A stretch of 64,000 bases of DNA, from IMG/VR virus record IMGVR_UViG_3300050821_008688, positions 35,669-99,668 of that record, one strand, 5' to 3'. Below are positions 40,700 through 50,759 of the stretch, one piece after another. This DNA comes from a virus. Position 1 is the first letter of the stretch. Each line of letters starts with the position of its first letter. A program made the translations under genes and the position numbers. The notes under the pieces are model-generated. The model was given only the letters and a program-made list of their open reading frames with translations, did no database searches and was not told where the DNA came from.

Positions 40700-40713
40700 T
40701 ACTATCCGAAGTG

Positions 40714-40782
40714 ACGGTGAGCCCCATGTTTTGTCAACATGAGGACGCGTTGGGGTACCACCAGCGGAAACGGGCTCACCGT
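40714..40782 (+). ncRNA. three-way-junction leader RNA
   Basis: 11-bp ACGGTGAGCCC/GGGCTCACCGT stem enclosing two hairpins, just after a promoter. Confidence 0.55.
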
Positions 40783-40813
40783 ATCGTGTAATTTTTACAT
40801 AGTTGGAGGCACC

Positions 40814-41569
40814 ATGTCATCTTCCCCTGTAGCACCCATTTCCACCGTGGTTAGAGACCTAGATTGGATTCGCACACACGCTATCATCGCATTAGCGGCC
40901 ATCGCAATAATCGCAGGCTGTATCATTGGCGGCGTCGGTTTATTTAATCATTTGGAAGAGGTACACGACGCGCGTGTCGCAGCAGCCGATTTGAAGAAAG
41001 AAAATATTGACACGTCGGCGCAGCAAGCTTTGGTCACAGAGTTAGCAAAAGAGCACTCTGATGACCAAGTACGCGACGCACAGCAAACCGCCACAATTCA
41101 GAATCTTGTCGCGCAGATGATTGCGCAGCGCGCGCAGACGGCCAAGCAGATTGCAACGGACGCCACGCTGAATGCGCAGGACGCGGGTGCGCGCCTCGCG
41201 AGTCAAACTCACGCAGGCACCGGCGACATTACTGCGGCTAACACTTCAGTTACTATGTCTCTTCCATTAACTCGCATCGTGATTCAGGACTTGGACCAGC
41301 TACAGCAATCGCAGAGCGATGTGACCAATCTTACCGGTCAGTTGGCCGCGCAGCAAGTTATCACGACGGATGCAAAGACCGAACTAGCGACAGCGAATCA
41401 GGTAATCGCGGCAGATAAAACGGAACTAGTCGCGACAGTCAAAGCAGACAACTCGGCATGCGTTGCCAGCACAAAAATCGCGGTGGATGCGGAAGCTGCT
41501 AAGGGTCGCAAGCGCGGTTTCTGGATAGCCGTGGCGAGTATCGTTTTTGGTTACGCGATTCACAAGTAA
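40814..41569 (+). CDS. membrane-anchored coiled-coil protein (spanin-like?)
   Basis: N-terminal TM, long coiled coil, C-terminal TM. Confidence 0.5.
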   Translation: MSSSPVAPISTVVRDLDWIRTHAIIALAAIAIIAGCIIGGVGLFNHLEEVHDARVAAADLKKENIDTSAQQALVTELAKEHSDDQVRDAQQTATIQNLVAQMIAQRAQTAKQIATDATLNAQDAGARLASQTHAGTGDITAANTSVTMSLPLTRIVIQDLDQLQQSQSDVTNLTGQLAAQQVITTDAKTELATANQVIAADKTELVATVKADNSACVASTKIAVDAEAAKGRKRGFWIAVASIVFGYAIHK

Positions 41570-41583
41570 TTAAGGGAGACCAG

Positions 41584-43197
41584 ATGGCCGCGAAGGATAC
41601 GAAAGTTACCAACGAGCAGGTAGCAGCAGCGTTCAAAGCAGCAAACGGTAGCATTCGGGAAACAGCAAAGAGGCTCGGCGTATCGCGACGCACGGTGGCG
41701 CGACACATCCGAGCCGTGGGGTTGGGAAAAAAACCAGTAGCCAGTGGGTCAACGCACGGCGTTAAAACTGCTAAGAGAGCCTTGCCGGAAAAAGGCAAAA
41801 TTCGTCGCTACATCGTAACATCCGCACAAAATAATACTTACGTCCACGACCGTGTGTGGGAGAATATCCTAGCGTTGGCAAAGTACCACGACGCTGAAAT
41901 TATCGTCGGTACTTTTTCGTACAATCAAAATAATTACGGCCCGCTTGCGGTGAAGCGCGGTAAAAAAGCTGAGTACGAGCGCACATTGTGGTATGATGAG
42001 AAGATTGAGCCGTATCTTAACGATGAACGTGTGCAACTTGGCAAAGGTCTTGTTTGGTGCGGTGAAATGAATATCATGCCGACCGCAGAAGACCCACTGT
42101 CAGGACTTGAAACGTACTCGGGTCGGCAGTCTGCTATATTTCCGCATGCGAAGATTGCAATGCGTTCTATTGCATCAATTCAAGGTAGTGGTGCGAAGTT
42201 AAATTACACTACTGGCACGGTGACAAAGCGCAACTACATTCAGAAGAAAGCGGGATTGGTTGCAGAATTTCATCATACGTATGGCGGGCTGATTGTTGAG
42301 GTAGACGATGCGGGTATATGGAAGGTTCGCCAGCTTGATGCCGAAGATGTTTCTGGCACAATCTATGACCTAACGTTGAAAGTTGAAAACGGCATCGTGA
42401 CCGACGGGCATCGCGTTGAAGCCATTACTTGGGGCGATATTCATGCGACTACTATAGACCAGACGGTGTTTGACCTTTCGGCGATACGTCCCGGCAACAT
42501 GCTTGATGTTTTGAAGCCGAAGTATCAGTTTATCCACGACCTGATGGAAGGGGTGTCGGTCAACCATCACGATGTACGCAAGCCTCTGGAACGATTCAAA
42601 GCATCACTGCGTGGACTGAGTATGGTTCGTACCGAACTGATTCGGAGCGCGGAGGTTCTTACTCAGTATCACCGAGACGGCACAGAAATGATTGTGGTAA
42701 ATTCCAACCACGACCGGTGGCTTGACCGATGGCTTGACAATTATAATCCGCAGTTAGACGACCCACGCAACGCGGAAATTTACTACGATGGTAATGCGGC
42801 GCGGTATCAAGCTGCGCGCGAGGGCTCGGATTTGAATGTTCTAGATTACTTGATTCGTAAACATGGTGGTCTAAAAATTTCTGCGCGATTTCTTGGTCAG
42901 GATGAATCATTCTTGACATGCAACAAGCGCATTGAAAACGGCCAGCACGGGGACTTGGGACCAAACGGTGCTAAGGGTTCTTCAACGGCTCTAGCCAAAT
43001 GCGGTCGGCGGTCTATCATCTGCCACACGCACACGACTGGTATTTGGGATGGTTTGTATGTCGCAGGCACCAGCACCAGTTTCCGTATGGGGTATAATCA
43101 CGGACCCAGCGGATGGACCCACAGTCATGTGCTTACCTACGAAAACGGGAAACGCGCTATAATCACGATGTACAAGGATGCGTGGCGAGCAGAGTAA
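41584..43197 (+). CDS. T5 A1-like protein (HTH plus calcineurin-like phosphoesterase)
   Basis: N-terminal HTH; RYIVTSAQNNT, NYIQKKAG, WGDIH, IHD, SNHD, HGDLGPNG, HTH. Confidence 0.8.
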   Translation: MAAKDTKVTNEQVAAAFKAANGSIRETAKRLGVSRRTVARHIRAVGLGKKPVASGSTHGVKTAKRALPEKGKIRRYIVTSAQNNTYVHDRVWENILALAKYHDAEIIVGTFSYNQNNYGPLAVKRGKKAEYERTLWYDEKIEPYLNDERVQLGKGLVWCGEMNIMPTAEDPLSGLETYSGRQSAIFPHAKIAMRSIASIQGSGAKLNYTTGTVTKRNYIQKKAGLVAEFHHTYGGLIVEVDDAGIWKVRQLDAEDVSGTIYDLTLKVENGIVTDGHRVEAITWGDIHATTIDQTVFDLSAIRPGNMLDVLKPKYQFIHDLMEGVSVNHHDVRKPLERFKASLRGLSMVRTELIRSAEVLTQYHRDGTEMIVVNSNHDRWLDRWLDNYNPQLDDPRNAEIYYDGNAARYQAAREGSDLNVLDYLIRKHGGLKISARFLGQDESFLTCNKRIENGQHGDLGPNGAKGSSTALAKCGRRSIICHTHTTGIWDGLYVAGTSTSFRMGYNHGPSGWTHSHVLTYENGKRAIITMYKDAWRAE

Positions 43198-43222
43198 ATT
43201 AAGTTCTGACTAGGAGCAAGTC

Positions 43223-43759
43223 ATGAATTTTTCTGAGCGACCGATTATAATCACCGATTTTGAAACTACTGGACTGGACTCACGAACCCAAGATATCATC
43301 GAAATCGGGGCTTTCAAAGTAGACCAGAAAAATCTCGTGGTGAGTGGATTTTTTGATACGAAGGTGCATATTCAGCATCCGAACACTATTTCTCACGAAG
43401 CCTTGGCGGTCAATGGGTACACAAAAGATTCTTGGGGCGACGCTGTTTTCCTCCCCCACGCTATACAAAATTTTTCTAAGTTTGCAGCGGACGGTGTGCT
43501 CGCGTCGTGGAACATCACGTTTGAGTATGATTTCTTAGCGGAAGCCTTTCGCCGAGTAGGTTTAGCCAACCCGATGGACTACCATCGCATTGATATTCCT
43601 AGTATCGCGTGGTTCAAATTTTCTCCCATCAACAAAATCTCTCAGGACGCAATCGGGGCTTTGCTGGGACTTCCAGAAGAAATCAAGCCACATCGCGCGC
43701 TTCAAGGCGCGCACTACGCACTAGACATTTTACGAAAGCTAAGAGGATTCAATGTCTAA
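43223..43759 (+). CDS. DEDDh 3'-5' exonuclease (DnaQ-like)
   Basis: [24 protein letters not shown]. Confidence 0.88.
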   Translation: MNFSERPIIITDFETTGLDSRTQDIIEIGAFKVDQKNLVVSGFFDTKVHIQHPNTISHEALAVNGYTKDSWGDAVFLPHAIQNFSKFAADGVLASWNITFEYDFLAEAFRRVGLANPMDYHRIDIPSIAWFKFSPINKISQDAIGALLGLPEEIKPHRALQGAHYALDILRKLRGFNV

Positions 43760-44768
43760 AGAAACTGAGAAAGAAATCGGTGGCACGATTGACGACGCCA
43801 TTGCTGGAATTGAGAAGCAGTTTGGCAAAGGCTCTATCATGCTGCTTGGTAGTAAGAAATTCGTGCCTGTCTCGGTGATTCCTACCGGTTCGCTGGCGCT
43901 GGATGAGGCTCTTGGCGTCGGCGGCTTCCCGCGTGGGCGTGTGGTTGAAGTATACGGGCCAGAATCCGGTGGTAAAACAACCCTCACACTGCACGTTATA
44001 GCGCAGGCTCAGAAACTTGGCGGTCAGGCTGCGTTTATTGACGCGGAGCACGCCTTGGACCCCGCCTACGCCCGCAAGCTGGGTGTAGACGTGGACAACC
44101 TGCTGGTGTCGCAGCCGGACAACGGCGAACAGGCGTTGGAAATTGCTGAAGCGCTGATTCGGTCGGGCAAAGTTGATGTGATTGTGGTGGACTCAGTTGC
44201 TGCCTTGGTGCCGCGCGCCGAACTCGAAGGCGACATGGGTGACGCGCAGATGGGTTTGCAGGCGCGCCTCATGTCTCAGGCGCTGCGGAAGCTAACCGCA
44301 ATTACCAATCGCACTAAAACGTGTTTGGTTTTTATAAATCAAATTCGTGAAAAGATTGGTGTGATGTTTGGCAACCCAGAAACCACCACGGGAGGCCGCG
44401 CGCTGAAATTCTATGCCTCCATTCGGCTTGATATCCGTAGAATTCAAACTATCAAAGACGGTGACAAAGTGATTGGCGCAAAGACTCGCATCAAAGTAGT
44501 TAAGAATAAGGTGGCGGTGCCATTTCGTGAGGCTGAAGTTGATATTATTTACGGTGAGGGCATCTCTCACGAAACGGATTTGCTGACAATTGGCGAGCGC
44601 GAGCACACAATTGAAAAGAGCGGAACGTGGTACGCGTATAAGAACGAACGAATCGGTCACGGAATTGAGGATGCACGACGATTTTTAGTGCAGAACCCCG
44701 AGGTAGCTGCTAAGATTGAAGCAGAGTTGCGTATTAAGTTGTTCAAGGGAGATTCACATGAGAATTGA
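43752..44768 (+). CDS. recA: recombinase RecA
   Basis: [35 protein letters not shown]. Confidence 0.98.
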   Translation: MSKETEKEIGGTIDDAIAGIEKQFGKGSIMLLGSKKFVPVSVIPTGSLALDEALGVGGFPRGRVVEVYGPESGGKTTLTLHVIAQAQKLGGQAAFIDAEHALDPAYARKLGVDVDNLLVSQPDNGEQALEIAEALIRSGKVDVIVVDSVAALVPRAELEGDMGDAQMGLQARLMSQALRKLTAITNRTKTCLVFINQIREKIGVMFGNPETTTGGRALKFYASIRLDIRRIQTIKDGDKVIGAKTRIKVVKNKVAVPFREAEVDIIYGEGISHETDLLTIGEREHTIEKSGTWYAYKNERIGHGIEDARRFLVQNPEVAAKIEAELRIKLFKGDSHEN

Positions 44769-45294
44769 AGACGTGAAGGTCGGACAAACAGTTCGTCGTA
44801 TATATGAGGATGGTCCCGGACGTGCGGTTGGGCTTGTTGTGAGCGTTGATATGCGTAATGACCATGTGACGCTGCATTATCCCACTCGTGACCGATGGCT
44901 TTCTTGTGCAAATGCGATTGATTTGGTGGAAGACGTGCCGGTTGTTGTGACTCATCCACTTCTGCCTGCCGATGCTGCCGCGCGAAAAGAAATTCCAATT
45001 GGGACCGGCGTGTTGGATTATTTTTCTGCCGCACTCGCGGAAGTTGCCAAAGTTTCGTTTGAGGGAAACAAGCAACACAATCCGGGACAGGAGTTGCATT
45101 GGGCGCGCGGAAAGTCCAACGACCAGTATGACACGATGATTCGGCACTCGCTGGAACGCGGGACACTTGACACAGATGGCGTACGCCACTCCGCGAAAAT
45201 GGCATGGCGTGCGCTGGCAGTTCTGCAACTTGAATTGGAAGCAGACGGCGCACCGATGTCGCGCGGCTCGCGGGAGCCCGAGGAGAAGAAATGA
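44758..45294 (+). CDS. dATP/dGTP diphosphohydrolase-like protein (DUF5664)
   Basis: [20 protein letters not shown]...RH...[16 protein letters not shown]. Confidence 0.75.
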   Translation: MRIEDVKVGQTVRRIYEDGPGRAVGLVVSVDMRNDHVTLHYPTRDRWLSCANAIDLVEDVPVVVTHPLLPADAAARKEIPIGTGVLDYFSAALAEVAKVSFEGNKQHNPGQELHWARGKSNDQYDTMIRHSLERGTLDTDGVRHSAKMAWRALAVLQLELEADGAPMSRGSREPEEKK

Positions 45295-45752
45295 ACTACG
45301 CAGCCGAGAATTTTATTTTCAATTTCATGCAGGTACAGATGTATGCAGCCGAAATTAATCACAAGAGCGGGTTTGATAAACCGGATTTGTTGATTGCCGA
45401 ATTTGAAAGATATCTCGCGAGTTTAGGTGAGCCGTCGTTGATGAGACGGCGTTTCTCTCCGCTGATTGATATGTTTAAACAGGCGCGCGCAGGACAGAAA
45501 CTTATGCTCACCACTGGAGAGTTAAGCGAAACGTTGGAAGCGGTCAGAAGGAATCTGGGACCGGATGAGCATATTCCCGCGTTTACTTCTGAAGAAGCTG
45601 AAGTTGCGGACGCGATTATTCGGCTGATGAACTACGCAACTGAACGTAAGTTGCGGCTGGCCGAAGCTATTATCTCCAAAATGGAGTTTAACAAGACTCG
45701 GTATGACCACAGTGAAACGGGGCGTGCAGAGGTTCACGGGAAACAATTTTAG
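45291..45752 (+). CDS. MazG-like NTP pyrophosphohydrolase
   Basis: GELSETLEAVR...EEAEVADAIIR...KMEFNKTR...HGKQF. Confidence 0.85.
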   Translation: MNYAAENFIFNFMQVQMYAAEINHKSGFDKPDLLIAEFERYLASLGEPSLMRRRFSPLIDMFKQARAGQKLMLTTGELSETLEAVRRNLGPDEHIPAFTSEEAEVADAIIRLMNYATERKLRLAEAIISKMEFNKTRYDHSETGRAEVHGKQF

Positions 45753-45760
45753 GAGGCATC

Positions 45761-46339
45761 ATGAGATACGGAATTGATTTGGATGGTGTTCTTGCCGATT
45801 TCACCGAGCGGGTTATTGGGATAGCTAATTCCCTTTGGCCGGGGAAGATGCCCATCAATTACGTCCCAAATAACTGGGACTATACGGGCATACTGTCAAA
45901 AGAAGACTGGGCTGAAGTCTGGGCTCGCATCAAAGTGACGCCTTATTTCTGGGAGGATATCGTGCCGCTTCGCGGGTTGCGTGAACTTCAAACGAGCAAA
46001 AACGCGAACGACGAAATTTTCTTCATTACATCGCGCGCCACAACCGTGGGCGATTCGCCGCTGGTGCAGTCGGCTCGCTGGTTATCAACTTACGGTATGT
46101 ACCCGCGCGCCGGGTATAGCGTCGTCCTGCCGGTAAGCGACCCTGCGTTTAAGCAGGATTTATTCCGAGGGCTAGGTTTGAGATTCATGCTGGACGATTA
46201 TCCGCCGACCGTGGAACAACTAAACAAGATTGAAGGGATGCATGCTTTTCTTCTTGATGCGCCGTATAATCAGTATGCGAAAGATTTGCCCCGAGTCTAT
46301 TCAGTTACGGAGTATCTGGAAAGAATCCGGGTACAGTAA
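45761..46339 (+). CDS. HAD 5'(3')-deoxyribonucleotidase
   Basis: IDLDGVLADF, ITSR, LDD, APYN. Confidence 0.88.
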   Translation: MRYGIDLDGVLADFTERVIGIANSLWPGKMPINYVPNNWDYTGILSKEDWAEVWARIKVTPYFWEDIVPLRGLRELQTSKNANDEIFFITSRATTVGDSPLVQSARWLSTYGMYPRAGYSVVLPVSDPAFKQDLFRGLGLRFMLDDYPPTVEQLNKIEGMHAFLLDAPYNQYAKDLPRVYSVTEYLERIRVQ

Positions 46340-48595
46340 ATGGAATACGAATTCCTCTTCCTTGACTACGAGACCTTCTCCCTCGCAGACTTGAGCGAAG
46401 TCGGTCTTGATAACTACGCCAAAGACCCATCCACGGGCATAAGTGTGCTTGGATGGGCGCTGGACCGCGAACCAATTGAGCAGTGGTACCCGCATGTTGC
46501 TCGCCCTCCGAAAAAACTTCTCACCGCGATGCGTAATCCGAAAATTTTGAAGATTGCATGGAATGCTCAGTTTGAGTTTGAAATCACGCGCCGGGTTATG
46601 GGTCCACGATACATGGGCGAAGCGTTTGAGGTTCCCATTTCTGAATTCAGAGACCCGATGGTTTTGGCTCACGGTCTGTCGTTGCCGGGAAAACTTGAAA
46701 AAGTTGCGCAGCTTCTGAAGACGAAGGAACAGAAAGACCCGCGCGGCGACGTTTTGAAGCATATGTTTTGCAAACCCGTGAGCAAAGGCGGCGAGGAAAC
46801 TCTGTTCGGTATCTCGCCACCGTTGTTCCGAGACCACATCAGCCACCCAAAAGAATTCGCGGAGTACATGAAGTACAACGAGCAAGACGTACGCGCCGAA
46901 CGCGACCTATGGTACCGGTTGATTAAAATTCCTTTTCCTGACGCTGACTGGCAGTGCTGGATACTAGACCAGAAAATTAACGCCTTTGGAATGCCGGGAA
47001 ATCGCGAGCTAGCTAAAAAAATGTATCGCCTCGCTGAACGGTACATATTAGAACAGCGCAAGCGAGTGCAAGAATTAACCGGACTGAAAAATCCAAACTC
47101 TCGCGACCAAATGATAGAGTGGGCACAAGCACGCGGCTATCCGTGGAAGTCTTTGCTCGCAAGTTTCGTACAAATGGAGTTAGATAATCCCAACTCTCCA
47201 ATTACACCCGAGTGCCGTACGGCATTAACGATTCGTGCGACTTGCACACGGTCTTCGCATAAAAAATTGGAAAAATTCCTTCTCACGTTATCGAATGACG
47301 ATAGACTGCGCTACCAATTTCGATACATGGGTGCCCCACGGACAGGCCGATGGGCGGGCGGCACCGAAGACGGGAGCAGTTTCCAAGCCCAGAACATGCC
47401 GCGTGGTATGAAGGCTGTGAAAAAATTCCTAGAGCGAGCTCTAGAGTTGGTGCGCACAGAAGACTACGACGGTATTATCCGAGAATTCACCAACACAAAA
47501 AATCCGAAAGACTCCGTGACGGTCATCGAGTTAATCATCACGCTTCTGCGTTCGCTGTTCCAAGCCAAGCCGGGAAAGAAGTTGGTGGTGGCTGACCTGA
47601 ACGCCATTGAAAACCGCATGTTAGGCTGGGCTGCGAGTTGCTGGAATATTTTGGAGGTGTTCACCCATAAGCCGGAAGACGGCGGCGACCCGTATCTTTC
47701 GTTCGGCTGCCGCTTGTATAATAAAACCTACGCAGAGATGTGGGCGAAGTATATCTCGGGCGATGTAGACGACCGCCAGAATTCAAAGCCTGCCGTGCTG
47801 GGCGCGGGCTACGGTCTCGGCGGCGGCGAGATGAAGAAGAACGACAAAGGCGACATGGTGCGTGGCGGTCTGTGGGGATATGCGCTTAACGTTTGCGGCG
47901 TTGACATGTCGAAAGACTTGGCTCACAAAGCCGTGGATATTTTCCGAACTGCGTATCCTGAAGTTGTTCAGTTCTGGACAGACTTAGAAGAAGCATTTAA
48001 GCAGGTTCTGACCCGTGGCGGCGTGATTCAAGTTGGTCCGTTTACTTGGGATAAAAAACAGCGCGCGTGGGTTAAGAATCCAAAATTTTTAGGTTGTGTC
48101 CTCACTTTTAGTCGCATGAAAATGGAAGGTGGTGGTTACACCGTTTGCATGAAACTACCTTCGGGTCGCTCGCTCCACTATTTGAATGCGACGCTGGACG
48201 CTGAAGTAAAGCAGAGCAAAAAAACCGGCGAACCATACACCGTCCAAACTATTCACTACGACGGTATTGAACATAGCACGTCAAAAGACGCCACGGGACA
48301 GGATGAAAAGAAAACACACAAGTGGGGTCGGGTCAAGACGTACGGCGGAAAGATTTGCGAGAATGCGATTCAGGCGATGGCGCGCGATATTTTGCGAGAT
48401 GGTATACTGGCGGCTGACGAAATGGGTTTCCATATTTTTGGACTTTTCCATGACGAACCGGCCTGTGAAGAAGACGACGATATGTTTGGACTAGGCGTTA
48501 ACGACCTGATAGACTGTATAACGCGGGTTCCTTGGTGGGCTCCTAGACTACTCTTGGGCGCTGACGGGTTCGAGAGCTACGTCTACCACAAGTGA
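46340..48595 (+). CDS. DNA polymerase, family A
   Basis: LDYET exonuclease, TGRWAG, ADLNAIENR, RQNSKPAVLGAGYG, ENAIQAMARD, FHDE. Confidence 0.95.
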   Translation: MEYEFLFLDYETFSLADLSEVGLDNYAKDPSTGISVLGWALDREPIEQWYPHVARPPKKLLTAMRNPKILKIAWNAQFEFEITRRVMGPRYMGEAFEVPISEFRDPMVLAHGLSLPGKLEKVAQLLKTKEQKDPRGDVLKHMFCKPVSKGGEETLFGISPPLFRDHISHPKEFAEYMKYNEQDVRAERDLWYRLIKIPFPDADWQCWILDQKINAFGMPGNRELAKKMYRLAERYILEQRKRVQELTGLKNPNSRDQMIEWAQARGYPWKSLLASFVQMELDNPNSPITPECRTALTIRATCTRSSHKKLEKFLLTLSNDDRLRYQFRYMGAPRTGRWAGGTEDGSSFQAQNMPRGMKAVKKFLERALELVRTEDYDGIIREFTNTKNPKDSVTVIELIITLLRSLFQAKPGKKLVVADLNAIENRMLGWAASCWNILEVFTHKPEDGGDPYLSFGCRLYNKTYAEMWAKYISGDVDDRQNSKPAVLGAGYGLGGGEMKKNDKGDMVRGGLWGYALNVCGVDMSKDLAHKAVDIFRTAYPEVVQFWTDLEEAFKQVLTRGGVIQVGPFTWDKKQRAWVKNPKFLGCVLTFSRMKMEGGGYTVCMKLPSGRSLHYLNATLDAEVKQSKKTGEPYTVQTIHYDGIEHSTSKDATGQDEKKTHKWGRVKTYGGKICENAIQAMARDILRDGILAADEMGFHIFGLFHDEPACEEDDDMFGLGVNDLIDCITRVPWWAPRLLLGADGFESYVYHK

Positions 48596-48813
48596 TGATG
48601 GAGAATCAGGTTCAGCGGGAGTGTACGACTGAGAGACCACAAGGCAATGTTGGCGTGCTTCCCAGTTTCCCAGTTCGGCGTGGGTCGGTAGCCACATGCC
48701 TTTGAAGTCATAGCGGCAGTCCGGGTCGGCGAGTAGCGCCTCGTGGACGCGGTTCACTATCACTTTGCGGTCAGAGATTTTGAACGTTGGTGCGTTGAGA
48801 AGGTTAGCTTCGC

Positions 48814-49080
48814 TCACAGGGAACCTACCTTTCGTGCGAATTCGTTTTCCACGTTGAATGTGTTCCATTCTTCGGCTTCGTGGGCGACTCGGGCGGCGGT
48901 GATTTGCATACGGTACCATTCGGCGGTGCGTTCAGTGAACGCCCGAATGACCGCGATTTCTGGGCCGTCGTCAGCAGGGTCTGCGAGTGGCAAGTATGGA
49001 AGATTTTTTGGGACATCGAGCCACGTCTTGTCGGTCATATATCGGTACGGGAAGTCATCTTGCATCGGTGTTTCCTCCAT
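48814..49080 (-). CDS. hypothetical protein (a second small gene follows at about 48548-48817)
   Basis: promoter TTGACT-N17-TACCCT; ATGGAGGAAACACCGATG start. Confidence 0.6.
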   Translation of the reverse strand: MEETPMQDDFPYRYMTDKTWLDVPKNLPYLPLADPADDGPEIAVIRAFTERTAEWYRMQITAARVAHEAEEWNTFNVENEFARKVGSL

Positions 49081-49086
49081 ACACAC

Positions 49087-49169
49087 AGGGTATCGCAGAC
49101 GGGATTTGGAGTCAATAGTACTAAAGTTTAAAAAAAAGGCTTGACAATAGTTTGGTACCAAAGTACTAT
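49087..49169. promoter_or_regulatory. divergent sigma70 promoters with GTAC-N4-GTAC operators
   Basis: TTGACA-N17-TACTAT at 49141 overlapped by the operator at 49155-49166. Confidence 0.75.
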
Positions 49170-49188
49170 TGCCTATATCGGAGTATTC

Positions 49189-49452
49189 ATGAGCGCACAG
49201 CAATCCCGCTCCATCTTAAAACGTCTTGTCTCCCAAGCAGGAGCCCAGTGGGTCGGTATCCAAGAAACCGTTCCGCCTGAGCCGCACGTATTGTTATTCA
49301 ACAGTCCCGCGACCGGGTCAACACTCGCCATTCATTTGGAGCCTGATATGGCTCCTCGCGAGATAATCGAAGCAATTCAAAAACGTCTTGCAGCAAGCAA
49401 CCAAGAATTTTTAAAGGGGAAGAAAAATGTCACTACTCGAAAAACTGAATAA
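49189..49452 (+). CDS. hypothetical protein
   Basis: GGAG RBS; first gene of the operon. Confidence 0.6.
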   Translation: MSAQQSRSILKRLVSQAGAQWVGIQETVPPEPHVLLFNSPATGSTLAIHLEPDMAPREIIEAIQKRLAASNQEFLKGKKNVTTRKTE

Positions 49453-50419
49453 AATTTACGATGCGATTGACCACATTGACAAGAAAGGTCGCAACAAATC
49501 GCAAGGCTATGATTATATCCGGTCAGTGGATGTGACTCGCGAAATTCGCAAACAATTCATCGAACAAAAAATCTATGCCGAAATTGATTTTGATTTTGTC
49601 GGCCTACCCTACACTATCGCACGCGAGAAGGCACCGAATGCACCATTTGCAGCGGTAAACGTGAAGTGCATCGCCACTTTTCATGATTTGGAATCCAAAG
49701 ATGTAGCGCGTGGCAGTGGTCTGGGTACGGGTGCAGACCTTGGTGACAAGGCTGCGTACAAAGCTCAGACTGGTGCGCTGAAGTACGCTCTGAAAAATTC
49801 TTTCCTCATCCCGGATGAAGCGGACCCAGAGGCCGACGAATCAACGGACGCAGGCTCAAATGATGAAACTCAGGAACGCGGTGACATGCCTGATTTCGCG
49901 GAAGCCAGCCACGAAGCACCGAAGAAAGCAGAATCCAAAAAGACTGTGGAGAAAGCATCGCGCCCTACACCAGCCGCAGCATTGGCGACAGTGCCAGCGG
50001 CGGTGTTACTGCCGCCCTTGAATACCTCGACTACCTCCGAGAACTCGGAATCTGCATCTGCGACTCGGACATCGGCTCCGGCCTCGGTCCCTGCCTCTGC
50101 CCAATCCACGCCGAGTAGCGCCACAGCGGATATCACGCTGCCAAACGCTGCGGAGTTGACTGAATTTCGGAAACTGTTCGCCAAACTCGGCGACGTGCTG
50201 TCAACCGATGGGAAGCTGAAAGCGAGCAAGCATTTGCCTATTAATCAAAAAAATCTCGTCTTCCTGCTCTCCATTACGGGAGCGAAAGACCCGAAGAACA
50301 TCACGAAGGCTCAGTGGCTTGACTTTTTCGCACGAGTGGAAAAAATCAAGACATTGGAGGGCGGCATGATTGCTCTCGCGAAGATGGTCAACGAGAGAAA
50401 CGGCATTGAAGAAAAGTAA
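49427..50419 (+). CDS. ERF-family ssDNA annealing protein
   Basis: KKGRNKSQGYDY, GADLGDKAAYKAQTGALKYAL...DPE. Confidence 0.85.
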   Translation: MSLLEKLNKIYDAIDHIDKKGRNKSQGYDYIRSVDVTREIRKQFIEQKIYAEIDFDFVGLPYTIAREKAPNAPFAAVNVKCIATFHDLESKDVARGSGLGTGADLGDKAAYKAQTGALKYALKNSFLIPDEADPEADESTDAGSNDETQERGDMPDFAEASHEAPKKAESKKTVEKASRPTPAAALATVPAAVLLPPLNTSTTSENSESASATRTSAPASVPASAQSTPSSATADITLPNAAELTEFRKLFAKLGDVLSTDGKLKASKHLPINQKNLVFLLSITGAKDPKNITKAQWLDFFARVEKIKTLEGGMIALAKMVNERNGIEEK

Positions 50420-50431
50420 AACGGAGGCACC

Positions 50432-50731
50432 ATGTTGACATTCTTGGAAGTGGAAGGATTGATTGAAACTGAACGACGGTATCAGGACCGAACGTACAAG
50501 CCTGAAGAAGCAACTAGCACCGGCGTGACTCGTGCGGTTCGTGACTTGGACCCGTCCACAGGAATTCTGATGCTGGAAGCCTACGTCCGCAAGGCGACAG
50601 ATGCGTGGGTGAACGACAGAGTGAGTAACACGCCTGCGTTGCAGCAAGTCGCCAAGATTGCGGCCATCGCAGTTCGGATTTTAGAGCGTGCGGGCGGCAG
50701 CGAGAAACTGCTTGAAGTCGGTCTGCGGTAG
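50432..50731 (+). CDS. hypothetical all-alpha (MazG-like fold?) protein
   Basis: ERRYQD...KIAAIAVRILE. Confidence 0.5.
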   Translation: MLTFLEVEGLIETERRYQDRTYKPEEATSTGVTRAVRDLDPSTGILMLEAYVRKATDAWVNDRVSNTPALQQVAKIAAIAVRILERAGGSEKLLEVGLR

Positions 50732-50759
50732 AATTAAAACTCAAAACGAGAGGTGATTC

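Noticed and set aside
40714-40782. Hammerhead ribozyme (GAAAC three-way junction)
   Set aside because: Lacks the CUGANGA core and the NUH cleavage triplet
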